48,734 bases of DNA from Rhizaria sp. SCN 62-66 (taxonomy: Eukaryota). Within the stretch, counting starts at the first letter, position 1. Each line of letters opens with the position of its first letter. The translations under genes were made by a program, and so were the position numbers. The DNA is taken from contig MEDY01000219.1 in the NCBI GenBank assembly GCA_001724265.1, positions 1-48,734 of the forward strand, read 5' to 3'. Shown here piece after piece: positions 21,477 to 34,000 of the stretch. Under the pieces are notes generated by a model, which did no database searches, was not told the DNA's origin, and worked only from the letters and a program-made list of their open reading frames with translations.

Positions 21477-24400
21477 TGGCAGTAGTCACAGCGCTGCGGC
21501 GAGCGCGGCGCCGACCCCAGACCGCCGGCGCTCCCGCGGCGGGCCCTCCGCCACCCCGCACGCCTCCTCCGCCTCTGCCTCAGCATCAGCCTCGGCCTCT
21601 GCCTCGGCCGCCGCTGGCGCTGGCGCTGGCGTGGGCGCGACGGTGGCGGTCGCGCCGACTCTGGAGTTGACGGCGTACTCGTCCTCGCTGGGGCCGCTGT
21701 CCGCGCTGGCCGGCGCGCTGTCGGCGAAGCTCGCCGCCGCGGCCGCGGCCCGCGACGCGCGCGCGGCACAGTGGGTGGCCGCCCGCGCCGCCGCGCTGCT
21801 GCAGCGGCTGCAAGCGCTCGCGCCCGCGGAGGAAAAGGACGCGCTCTTCAACCCTAACCCGCACCTTACCACGCCCGCCGCCGTCGCCGCTGCCGCTGCG
21901 GACGCCGCCGCCGAGGCCGCCGCGGCGCAACAGCAGTAGCAGGTGGCGACGCCCGCGCTGGGCCCGCGCGGCGCGCCGCTGGGCTCGGCTGCCGGCACAC
22001 CCTTGCACGGCCACGGCTACGGCCACGGCCACGGTCACGGTGGCGCGGGCGCTATGTCGGCTGCCGCGCTGCTGCTGTCGAGCCCCGCCGGCGGTGGCAG
22101 CGGCTACGGCGGCAGCAGCGGCGGCCTCGGCGGCAGATCAGGGCTCACGGTGCGCGTGGGGGGCTCGCCCGCGGGCGCCGGCGCGGGCAGTGCGCCGCGG
22201 CGGGGCTCGGAGAAGAAGGCCAAGGTGCTGGCGCTGTTTTCCCCCGTCTCCGCGAATAGCAGCAACGTCAAGGTGAACAGCAACGTGCTGAGCATCAACA
22301 ACAACAGCCCCGCGAGCGCCACACCCGTCGTCGTGAGCAACCCGAAGCTCCAGCTCCAGCAGCAGAAGCAGCAGCAGCAACAGTGGCAGAAGCGGACGAG
22401 CAGCAACAACGACGACAACGACGGCGACACGGACGAAAGCTCCGACTCCGACTCTGACACCGCGGCCGCCGCTGCCGCCGAGGCCGAAGCGGAGGCCCGT
22501 CGCCGCGCGGCCGCGGTTGCCGCGTTGCACGCCGAGCTGGAGGCGCTGCCGCAGAGCGTGCCCGCGGCCGTGACGGCGGACCCCGACGCCGCGGCGCTGG
22601 CGGCCGACGCCGCGCTGCTGCGCCACGTGTCGTGGCTGCTCTCGGTCACCGCGGCGCGCGCGCAAATCTTGGCCGGCGGGTCGCTGCCCGCGCCGTTTGG
22701 CCCCGCCGCGCCGCCGCCGATGCAGCAGTACGCGCAGCAGCTCGCGCTCGCCTCCAACAGCAGCAGCGACAGCGACAGCGACGACGACAACGAGGACGAC
22801 GAGGACGATGACGGCAAAGCTGAAAACGAAGACGAGGACGAGGATGATGAGGAGGCCGCAGCGCGCGCACAGGGCGCGGCCGAGGGCCGTGAGTGGGGCC
22901 GCCGGTTGCAGCAGTGGCAGCGCGCTCTGCGGACGCAGTCGCGGCTGCAGCAGCGTCAGCACGCGCGTCTGCAGACGACCGAGACGGAGCCGGAGCCTGC
23001 GCACGTGCTGCCGCAGGGCGCCGCTGCCGCGACCACCGCGCCTGCTCCGGAGTCCGAGTCTGAGTCCCAGTCCAAGGGCCTTGTGGCCGATTCTAAGGGG
23101 CTCGAGCCCGAGACTAAGTGGGACGCCGCGGACTCCAAGTCCGACCCATCCGTCCCGGCGCTCGATCTGCCCAGCGCCCACGGCTCCGACGCGACCGCCA
23201 CTACGGGCCTCGAGAGCAGTAGTGGCAGCGGCCACAGCTCCAGTTACGGTGACTCCGGGCGCCGCGCGTCGACGGCGTCGGCGTCGTCGCTGTCGGCGTT
23301 CGCGAGCTGGCCGCTGAGCCACCAGGACACGCTGCTGGCCACGCCGGCCGACTGCCTGGCCTGTCTCTCGCACGCGCTCGCCGGCTGCACCCACCACCAC
23401 AAGCACCGCGCCGTCTCCACCCCCGCGCCCGCTTGCAGTGCCGCCCACTGCAGCGTTGGGCACGGCCGCGGCAGCGTTTACGGCGGCGCCAACGGCGGCG
23501 GCGCTGCGGTGGCGGCTGCGCTGGTGTCGCCCGTGGGGCTGGTGTCATCATTCCCCCCCGCGACGGACGCGGCGGGCGACGCGCTCTACGGCTCGCCGCT
23601 CGCTCTCCCGCCCTCGAACCGCGGCGGCCACCACGGCAGCAACTACAGCAGCTACTGCAGCAACAGCAGCAGCAACGGCGGCAGCGGCGCCGTGCTGAGC
23701 CCCGCGCAGCAGGCCGCGGCAGCAGAAGCGGCGCGCGTCGCGGCCGTGGCGCCCTACCTGCCGCCCGCGCACGGCGGCGGCTGGCGCATCCCGCCCCACG
23801 CGCTGCCGCCGCCGCTGCTGCTCGCCAAGCGCCCGCGCGCGCACGTGCTGCCCTTTGCGCTCGCGCGCGACACCGCGCTGGCCAGCTCTGTTCTCGAGCT
23901 TCCGCAACTGCAGTCGCACTCGGCACGGCGGTCGATTTCGCTGGCTGAACTCGACGGCGACGGCGCGCAGCAGCGCGAGGTGCTGTCCGCGCTGTGTCTG
24001 TCCGCGGCGCCGCCCGTGGCGACGGCGCGCGTGGTGCGTACTGCGACGGCGCACACGGTCACCACGCCGCTGCTCACCGACGTCGCGCAGTGCGCCGACG
24101 ACATCAACAACTACAAGAACGCGCAGCACAACACTGGCGCCGCGGGTCCCGGCTCGGCGGGCGCGGGCTCGGCTGCGGGCGCTGGCGGAGACGTGTTCAG
24201 CGCGTACCTGACGCGGCACTTCCGGCAGCTCTTCAGCACCCCGTCGCACCCGCTGGGGCTCGCCGTGTGCCTCTTCGTGTGGGGCGTGCGCGAGCGCGCG
24301 CTGCGCGTGCCGGACCTGGGGCTCGACCTCTCCATCTCCTCGCAGTCGCCCTACTCGCCCTACGTCGCGCCGCCGGCCGGCGCGGGCACCGGCGGCGGCG

Positions 24401-27400
24401 GCTACGGCGGTGCCAACCCGCTCGACTCGCCCCGCGGCGCTGGCAGCGGCACGGCGACGCCGCAGCCCGCGGGCGGCAGCCGGAGCCGCCAGTCGCGCCG
24501 GTCCACCATGGGCGGCGGTGGCTCGGGCAGCGCGCAAAGCAGCCGGCCCGGGTCGCCGCGCCAGTCGAGCGGCGGCGGCAACGGCGGCAACGGCGGTGCC
24601 GCCGGTGCTAGCGGCGCTGGCGGCGCTGGAGCTGGCGGCGCTGGCGCTGGCGCTGGCAGCATGACTTCGCCGTCGGGGCTCGCGTTCCACGCCTCACCGT
24701 TCATCTCGCGACCCTCGTCCTTTGTCCCCAGCAACAGCCATAACAGCAGCAGTGCGATTGGCGCCGCCGCTGCTGCTGCTGCTTCGGCTTCCAGCGCTAG
24801 CAAGTCAGCCAGCGGCGGCGTGACGACCAGCCAGAGCGACGCGGCCGCTGCGGCTCCCGCTGCTGCAGCTGCTGCGACAACTGCGTCGGCTGCCGCGAGT
24901 GCGGGAACTGCGACTGTGCCGATGCCGTCGCCGACCGTCACCGCGACGGCCTCCGCGACGGCGGCGCGCCCGCTGCCGATGAACAACAGCGCGCGCGCTC
25001 TCTCCCTGTCCACGGGTCCCAACGATAGCGCGAGCGGCGGGCTCGTGGTCGGCAGTCTGGGCAGCGTCGGCTCCCCCGCTCCCTACTCCATCGGCTCACG
25101 CTTCTCCTTTGCGGACCAGGTCACGGGCGCGTCCGTCGCCGCCGCAGCAACAGCCGTGGCGGCCGCCGATGCCGCTGCCGCCGCCGCTGTGGCCGCCGCG
25201 ACCCCGCCTCGCCGCGCGCGCCCCTCGGCGCCGAGCTCGCCCTCGATGCACCGCACCAGCTCCTCCACTGGCGGCAACGGGAACGGGAACGGCAGCAGCA
25301 GCGGCAGCGGCAGCGGCTACGGGCGGCAGAGCAACGCGATGTGGCTGGCGCTGCCGGTGACCGCGCCGCCCGGGCTGCCCTCGCCGCCGCCGTTCCCGCC
25401 GCGGCCAGTGGCGCACTCGCACGACCCATACGTGACCGCGCTGGACCTGGCGGACCACCTCCCGCTCGCAGCGTACCTCCCCGCACAGGCGCTCTGCCCA
25501 CAAAGCTGCAGCGCGCAGCAAGTGCAGCCGTTGCAGCAGCAGCAGCGGCGGCTGCAGGGCGGCAAGGCGGGCGCGGTGGCGACCGCGGCTGCGCTCAAGG
25601 CCATCGCCGCGGCCACCGCGAGCGCCCATATCAGTGCCTACGGCGACGGCGACGGTGATGACGACAGCGGCAGCGGCAGCGGCAGCGGCAGCGGCAGCGG
25701 CAGCGGCAGCGGTGAGTTCTACTACCGCGCGCCGCGCAGCCGCGGCGGCGGCGTGGTCGTCAGCGGCGGGCGCGCGAGCACGGGCTACTACCTGCCCTCC
25801 ACGGAGGGCCTGCTGCAGTCAGCGCACGGCCCGCTGATCGGCGGAGAGGCCGGCCGCGCCGTCGCCGCGCTGGCGTCGGCGCGCGCGCGGCAGATCGCGC
25901 GCTACATGAACGCGTCCGCGCGCGCCAAGCAGCGCCAGCACGCGCGCCGCCTCCAAGGCCTCCTTGTCGACACGAGCAGCAACTGGAACGGCGTCGATTT
26001 CGACGACGAGGACGACGACGAAGACGAGGAGGAGGAGGAGGATGAAGGCGATGTCTTCGTTGTCGGTTTCTCGCCGTTTGGCGGCCCCATCACGGCCCCG
26101 CGCCGCACGTTGCTGCTGCTTGCACAGCGCTCCCTCGCACAAACGCTGCGCATGCTCACGCTATCACAGGCCGGCACCGTGCCCTTCGCCGCCGCAGCCG
26201 CCGCGGCGAACCTGTTCCCATTCGTCAACGGTAACGACGCTCTCGTTCCCGTTGGCGCCGTGCTGCTGCCGCGTCTGCCCGCGCTGTCGCTGCCGCTGCT
26301 GCCCGCGCCGCTGCTGCCGCCGCCGCTGCCTGTGGCGCCGCTTCTCTCCCCGGCCGAGCTGGCGGCGGAGACGGCGGCGATCCAGGCTTTCATTGCGCAC
26401 CACCACCAGGCAACGCTGGCGTTGTACCCCGCGCTGACGGCCTCGCCGGCGTGCGCCGTGGTCGCCGACCTGGCGCGCGCCGCGCTGGCGGACGTGGTGC
26501 ACACGGCGCTGCTCGACGTGCTGCACCTGCTGTACAAGCTGGCGTGCTGCCACGACGACGCCGCGCTACTCACGGCCGCGCGCAGGCTCGCTATGCTGTC
26601 GCCGGAGCAGGTCGGCGTCGCGCCTGTCTTCGCGCTCAGCAACCGCTTTCCGGGCAAGGACGCTGGCGAGCTCTCCGCGCGCTACAAGCGCCATGCGCGC
26701 GCCGTTGACGCCGCGCTCGAACAGCACCGCCGCGCCTGGGCTGCCTGGACGCTCGCACGCACTGCCACAACGTCGGTGACGGCGATGAGCGCGGTTACCG
26801 AGAGTACGAGCGGAAAGAGCGCACGCAAGAGTCAGAAGGGCAAGAAGGGCAAGAAGAACGCGAGCGAGAGTGAAGGTGCTGCTACAGTTGCTCCAGCGCT
26901 GTCCGCGGCTGCCCTGGCCGCTGCGGGCGTGCCGCGCGCGTTGCTGTCGCTGCCGCCGCCGCCGCTGCTGCTGCCACACCCGCCGATCGAGCGCCTGTCC
27001 GTGGCGCCGTATTACCGCGCGACCATGAAGCTGCGGCTGCTGCCCGCGCTGCCGACGCTGGGCGAGCGCCTCGACTGCCTGTCCTCGGTGCTGAGCTCCA
27101 TCGCAGACTCAGTCAAGAAGTACTACGACGCCCGCCCTGCGCAGCGGCCCGCGGACGCGTCGCGGCTGCTGATGTGTGCCGATGATACGATCGCCATCGT
27201 CGCGTTCTGTCTGATCCAGGCGCAAGTGCCGTGTTTGCTGTCGACGGTGCAGATGATGTGCGACTTGGTGGACCCCTCGGAGGCGCTGGGCGAGAAGGGC
27301 TTTTGTCTCGCCACCATCTCCGCCGCCGCCATGTACATCATCACGCTCGCCGACCAGCAGGCTGAGGAGGAGGCTGAGGCTGAGGCCGAGACCGCCGGTG

Positions 27401-29854
27401 ATGCCTCCGCCACGTCGGAGGCTGGTGTTGAGCGCCGCCGCAAGGGTGGGTTCGAGGAGCCTGACTGGAACAAGGTTTATGAGGACTATTTCGAGCTCGA
27501 GAAGCGTCTGCTTGCGCTTTCTGCCGACCACAGCACCACTGCTGTTGCGGGTCCTCTGGCTGTATCCGGTACGTCTCCGCAGACCGATAGTGCGGCCACA
27601 ACCACAAATGGCAAGTCGGGCTCCGGCTCCAAGACAAAGCGTGTCACTTCTGACACGAATACACCTGCGACTACTGCTGCGTCTACTGCTGCGTCGTGTG
27701 TTCGCGTGCTGCAGTTTGAGGGCAACGAGTCAGCTTCGAGCAGTGCGCAAACTAGCGCCAGCGACGCGCATGCTGCGCAGTCCCCGCCGCAGTCCCAGTC
27801 GCAGTCGCACATTGGCGCGTTGGCTGCCGGCGTAAAGGGCAAGGGCACTGGCACTGGCAAGGATGAGGATGAGAGCGAGAACGATGACAGCGAGGATCTT
27901 TTGCCGCTAGGACTCAAGCGCACGGCCTCCAAGTCCATCACCTTTGCTACCAACCACGGCTCGCCATTCGCCGCGCTCAGCAGCACCAGCAACACGGCAG
28001 GCACCGACGGTGACAACGCACGCGTGCCAGCGACTGCAACTGCGACGGGGACTGGGACTGGGAGTACCACGCTGTCCGCGTCTTCCTCCGCGTCGTCGCC
28101 GCGCCGCGCGGGCACGCCGCTGCTGCCGCCGCCGTCGCTGGTGCTGGCCGCGTCGCCGCGCTCGCCGCTGGCGTCGGTTCTGTCCTTCGCGCTGGCGGCC
28201 GCCTCGCCCGCCGGCGGCGCGGGCGGCGCGGGCGACGACGCCGACGCCGACGGCCGCGCCTACAACCCCGCGCACGACGCCGGCAGCGGGCTCGGCGCGC
28301 AGCTCCTGTCGCGCCACCTGCACTCGCAGCAGCAGCAGAAGGCCGCCGCTGCCGCAGCCGCCGCAGCGGCGGCGGGCGGTCTTAGAAGCTCGCGCAGCGG
28401 TGTTACCGCCAATCCTACGGGGCTCCGGCGCAGTGCTAGCGCTAGCGTGGCCGGCAGCAGCGGCAGCGGCAGCGGCAGCGGCAGCGGCCTTGGCTCCGCG
28501 CCCGGCTCCGCGCAGGGCGCCGCGGCCGGCGCGTCGGGCGCGCGCGCTGGTGTCCGCACTGGCCCTGTCGGCCCCAGCGGGCTCGCGCGATCTCTCTTCA
28601 CAGCCGGTGGCGGCGGCAGCAACAACACATCGCCCACCGCGACCAGCAGCTCTATCGAAGTCCGCGCCGCGCTGCCCGAGGACGAGACCCAGGCCGCGAC
28701 CGCGACTGCCCCGACAGTGCTCACAGTCACCCCGCCCACGCCGCTGGCGCCCACTGCGGCGTCCGGCACGGCCACGACGGCGGCCGCTGACCTTACCCCG
28801 ACGCAGTCGCCCTCGCACGCCGCCGCCGCCGCCGCCGCCGCTGGCTCGACGGCGGTGGTCGCACATGACCACGCGACCGACAACTACTTCGTGCGCATGG
28901 CGCGCACGGCCGTGCTGGGGCTGCTAGCGGCCGCCGACCTTACGCCCAACGGCTTCCCCATCCCGCTCTCGCAGTCGGCCACGGCGGTCGCGCGCACGCC
29001 GCTGCGCCCCGGCTCCAGCTCGAGCTCGGCCGGGAGCAGTGGTGGCGGGTGGACGCTGCTGTCGGAGAAGGACGGAATCAAGACGTTCTCGCGCTCGCTC
29101 CCGGGCTCCGCGCTGCCACAAGTCAAGGCCACGGCCGTGTTCGCCATCACGCCCTCGGTGCTCTTCTCGCTGCTCTCGGATCCCTTCCGTCGGCCTGAGT
29201 ACGACGCACTCTGCCACAAGGTCACGCCCTTCGGCGACCTGGCGCGCGACGTCGGCCCCGTCACGTGCCCGGACCTTAACCCCGACTCGCTGGCGCTCAC
29301 GCACCTGCACTACCTCGCCAAACACTGGCTGCAGCGGTCATACCGCGACGCCGCTACGGTCCACGGCACGGCCTCGCTGCCCACGGGCGCGTACATCTCA
29401 GCCTGGCGCTCCGTCTCGCACTCCGGCTGCCCGCCCGCGGCGCCCTACCACCGCGTCGACGTCATGCTCGGCGGCTGGGTTGTACGTCAAACTATCTATA
29501 CTGTGATGTTCATTTTCTCGTTTTATCCTCAAGATATTCGCGACATTTGTTTGATTCGACGAGTCCCATCTCATATTTTTTTTTCTTTTTGTTCTTCTTG
29601 ATTTAGATTTTGCCTTGGCGCCCGCCGACGCGCCGGCCGCTCGCTGCGTCCGTGGCCGCTGCCACTGGCGGCGCGCTGCGACCGCCGCAGTCACCCTCGC
29701 TGTCGCCCGCGATGTCGTTCGCCGCGCCTCCCGCGGCCAACACGCCCTCAAATCGTTACGCGAGCAGCAACGCTGCTGGCGCGGCGCAGCGCGGCGGACT
29801 GCCCCCGCGGCCGCAGCAGACGCCCACCGCAGCCGCTGCCGCTGCTGCGCAACA

Positions 29855-29896
<42 letters not shown>

Positions 29897-30410
29897 GTCG
29901 AGAGAGCCGCCGCTGTCGCCGCTGTCGCAGCTGCCGCCGATCCCGTCCCCGGCCGTGAGCCACGCGTCGCCGCTGGCCGCCGCCGCGGCGCCCGGCAGCG
30001 GCCACGCGGGCAGCTCGCCGCTGCCGTCGCCGCTGATGACAAGCGCTCCTCACGGCGCCGGCAGTCACGCGGGCACAGTCTTCCCGCCCGCGCTCTCACT
30101 CGACAACCCCAGCAGCCTGTCCGCGCCGACTGGCGGCAGCGGCAGCGGGAGCTGGAGCAGCGGGAGCGGTGCGCCGCGTCGGCCGCCGCAGCCAGTGTAC
30201 TCGCTCGTGTCCTGGGTGTCCGACATCGACCTGGGCGCGCGCGGCGGGCCGGAGTGGCTGGCGGCCGCGCTCACCGCCGAGCAGGGCGCGGTCATGCTCG
30301 GCGGACTCCGGGACTGGGTTGCTCGCATCAAGGACGAGTGGGGCCCGCTTGAGCAGCGCGCCAGGGCCGCGCTCGCGGCGGGGCCGTCGGTGAGCAGCAG
30401 CAGCAAGTAA
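21004..30410 (+). CDS. VPS9 (Rab5-family GEF) + START lipid-binding domain protein; exons 21004-29481 and 29607-30410; one in-frame TAG at 21937 (~3093 aa)
   Basis: VPS9 at ~27005-27350: PYYRATMKLRLLPALPTLGERLDCL...LMCADDTIAIVAFCLIQAQVPCLLSTVQMM...GEKGFCLATISAAAMYI. START from ~29045: GWTLLSEKDGIKTFSR...RRPEYD...SVSHSGCPPAAPYHRV..GGWV|ILP, completed by YSLVSWVSDIDLG...PEWL. ORFs 20974-21939 and 21943-29601 are one frame joined by TAG. Stop TAA. The start is uncertain because the frame is open back to ~20908. Confidence 0.85.
25669..25710 (+). repeat. (GGCAGC)n microsatellite encoding a Gly-Ser run
   Basis: About 7 tandem GGCAGC units within the VPS9/START CDS. Confidence 0.9.
29482..29606 (+). 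other. Spliceosomal intron (125 nt), phase 0
   Basis: GTT|GTACGT donor, long poly-T tract, atttAG|ATT acceptor; its removal restores the START motif GGWVILP. Confidence 0.9.
29851..29897 (+). repeat. CAG/CAA trinucleotide repeat (poly-Gln) in the insertion that splits the START domain
   Basis: Direct reading of the caa/cag run, which translates to ~16 Gln. Confidence 0.9.
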
Positions 30411-31002
30411 CATGAGTCTGAGGTGCGTGCAACACGATTGCTGTGATGTTGTCAACAGCGTGATGCGTGTATGATACTTAATGATTCTTATTCTTTGTGA
30501 TTTGAGTGATTAACTTGTATTAGTAGATAGATTTCTGTGTCTATAGACTTGTAACGACGCGAAGAGCGTGCTTGCCGCACGTGAGTTACCTCGGCAGTTT
30601 TTGTGTTCGCGATATGACTTTGTGACACAGCGCTGCGGATTTAATACATTATGTCACTGTTTTATGTTTCTTCAACTCTATTATATATGAATATGCGCAT
30701 ATTTACGGAGTCTCCCATGACTGTCTTTCTGATAAGTGTTACACTTACTCTCTTATTGCTGATAGAAAAGTTGTGGCGCGGAAGCCCTTCGTTGCCCTGC
30801 TAGGGATTTACAAAAAACAAGATATGTTGCTTTTATGCGTAAGATAATTGGCTGTATCTTGAATGAACTGATAAGAGTTTGTGCTTTTCACCTTGGATTA
30901 CTGCTCCCATTTCTAACAACGGATACTGCACGCTTTTATTTTACTCTAAAGACATCGGAGTCGTTTCTGCACTCGACTTGGTGACTTTTCGTTTCTCGCC
31001 CC

Positions 31003-34000
31003 ATGGCTAGCCCTGCTCGCAGCCTCGTCGGCTCTCTACCTGCTTCCTAGATGCCTGCGGTTTCGGGCGATGTTGCGGCTCCGGATTTTATGCCAATCTC
31101 ATCGCTGTCAGCCTTCACACCCGTCGCGCCCTCGAGCCTCTTCCCTGAGCTTCCTGTAGCGAGTTTTTCCGAAGCAGTTGCTCCTGCTCCCGCGGCCGCG
31201 CCTGGGACTCCTTCACCTCCGACTCTGTCACCATCGTGCTCGCCGCGCCTTGCACCACGTGCTGTAATCTCGCGCGGCGCGCAGGACCCTCTCTCAGCAC
31301 TGCGCGCGCGCTACCCGAACCAGCCGCCCCCTTCCCAGCCGTCGTCATCGCAGCTCGCGCTCGACGCTGCCGGCTCACACTTCCCTCCACAGCCGCTTTC
31401 AACCGCTTTTGCCGACGCTTCCGAGCCGGCCACGCCCATGAGCACGGCGGCAGCGACGGCCGCAGCTGCTGCGGGCTACAGGCTCGGCGCTGCGACGCGC
31501 CTCTCACTCGCTATTGCACATGCACAAGCCACCGAAGCCGCACAGGTACGTGTTCACGGCCTCAGATATCTCAAACGGCTATCGTCACTAAAATGTACTG
31601 CACGCTATCTCCACTATATTCTCTTTTCGTTTTGTTATACTCACTGAACATCCCCCCATCTTGCCGTTTGCTTCATCTCAACCAGGAGAACCCCCACGGC
31701 GCCGCGTTGGCGCAAGCGCACGCGCTGGTCCAGGCGCAGCAGGCCGCCGCCAACGCGCCTTTCAAGGTCGCCAACCGCATCCTTGCCGAGACCGAGTCCG
31801 CCACCGCCGCTGCCGCCGCAGCCGCCGCCGCCGCTGCTGAGGCCGCCTCTCTGTCTGACTGCGCTCTCGCCGCCTCCGCTGGCGACGCGGAGGGAAAACA
31901 GGCTGACGCGTTCGCTTCGCCGGTGTCGCCGTCGCAACTGCAGCCGCAACCGACCGGCGCGGCTGCCGAGACTAAGCCCGAGCCCTCACCTGCTTCCGCA
32001 CTCTCATCAGCGGCTGACTCAGCGAGCGCTGGGATGATCTCAGGCGCAGACAACGCTGCCCCCGAAGACGACTCGTTCGCCGCGGCGCAGCTGCCGCCAC
32101 AGTCGCGCTCGCGGTCACGGTCTCCGCACCGCTCGCAGTCGCGGTCGCCTCACCGCTTGCACAACGCCATCCAGCAGCACCACCAGCCCTTGCATCCGCC
32201 ACACTACAGCCACAGCTACGGCCGCTTCTACACCCCGATGCCTCGCTCCACGTCGCCCTCACACAAATCCACCGCCGCCGCCGCCGCTGCTGCTGCCATT
32301 GCGGGCGACGTGACTTCAGTCAGCTCCGACAGCAAGGCCGCCCTCGCCGAGGCCACGAGCATCGGCACCGCGACCGTGCCGGTCACCGCAGGCGCAGGGT
32401 CGCCGCACTTCGCGCTGCCGCAGTCGGCCGCGGCGTCGGCGCTGGCTTACGCGCGCGCGCGCCACCGCCACAACCCGCTGGTGGCGTACCTCGACGCCCG
32501 CGCCGCGCGCGGGTACGGGCAGCCCGCCGCGCTCTCCGCAACCCCCGCTGCCGCCGCTGCCGCCGCCGCCGCCGCTGCCGACAACGCCGGTGTCAGCGCG
32601 AGTCTGAAGGTGAATGTGAATGCCAGTGCTGGTACCAGTGCACGTGGCGCCGGTGCGAACGGGGGCAACGTGGGTCCGCTCACGCTTTACACGTCTGCGC
32701 CCGCGCCGCCACCGCCGTCCCCGCTTGCGAGTGCGCCCCCGGTCTCCAGCAGCGCCCGGACTGCAGGCGGCCGCACTGCTGCTGTTGCTGGCAAGGCCCC
32801 GAGCAAGGTCCACGAGAGCGCCCCCGATAGTGCGTCTGCTGCTGCCACTGGTGTTGTTTTTGCCGGTGCTTTGACTGCTGATGCAGCTGCGGAGGACGCG
32901 GCGAACATGGGCGCGCTAGCACGTGTCATGTCTTCCGCCGCTGCCGCTGCCGCTGCTGCGGACGATGACAGCGACAGCCACACATTCGCCGACAGCGACC
33001 GCGGCGCGGTGTCCGCGTCCGTCTTGGCCTGGTTTCCCGCGCCGTTGCGCTCGCCCCCGCCTACGCCGCCCTCCGGCGACCGCGTCAGCAGTGACGCCGG
33101 CCCCGACAGCGCTCGGGGCCGGGCGCGCGCGGCCAAGACCATCGGCAGCACGGCGGCCAAGACCAGCGCGCAGTACTCCAACACCGCGTCGCAGGCTCGG
33201 GGCGCCGGCAGCCACAGCAGCAGCCGCCGCGGGAGCCTCAGCGGCGGCGGCGGCGTGGTGCTGCCCGCCTTCATCGCCAACGCGCCGCAGCTGCCATACC
33301 AGTACACGCCCTCAAGCGCGCTGCGGACCACCGCCGCGCTGTCGGCCGCCAGCCCCGTGCTCGCGACGTCTGCGGCCGCGAGCCTCGCCGTGTCCACTCC
33401 CGGGAGCGTTCCCCCCGCGCCCGCGCCCGCGCTTGCGCTCGCGGCTGCGACAGCGGCTGCCGCTGCGCCGGTGGCGGTGACGGCGACGGCGCCAAGTCTG
33501 GCGTCCGAGTCCGCGGCGGCCGCGGCGGCGCGGCTGCCTTCGCGCTCGGCGACAAACCTAGCGCTGGGCTCGCGGTTTAACCCTCTGGCGTGCGTGTCTG
33601 CGCTCGCGCCCGGTTCGCTCGCCAGGCTTGTCGCCGCGGAGCAACAGCATCTCAAACAGCAGCAACAGCAGCAGCAACAGCAACTGCAACAGCAGAATGC
33701 CGTTGGCGCGGGTGAGGCTACGGACGGCGAGGATGCAGAGCTGCACAGCCAGCGTGATAACGCTGTTGCTATCCAGCGCGTGCAGTCAGTTTCACAGCTA
33801 CATCAGCAGCAACCCCAGCAGCAGTCTCAGGCCCAGCCCCAGGCGCAGTCGATGTCTCTGTCCCCACGGCGCCCGACTGCGGCGGCCGAGGCGCTGGCGC
33901 TCTCGTTCCTGTCCTCTGCGCTGCTCTCAGACTCGGGCACGCTGCCGCTAGACGTCACTACTGCGTCCATCCCCACTCTGGCGACCGCCGCATCGGCTGC

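Noticed and set aside
21937-21939. Pyrrolysine, selenocysteine or A-to-I editing (UAG to Trp) as the explanation for in-frame TAG
   Set aside because: Pyrrolysine is not known in eukaryotes and selenocysteine uses UGA. Trp is implausible within Gln repeats. Editing still needs RNA reads to exclude fully.
31236-31685. N-terminal 150 aa of ORF 31236-34808 and the hydrophobic ends of ORFs 21943-29601, 42529-42930, 46591-46992 and 46985-48322
   Set aside because: These are off-frame exon or T-rich intron sequence read through by the ORF caller, not real transmembrane segments.
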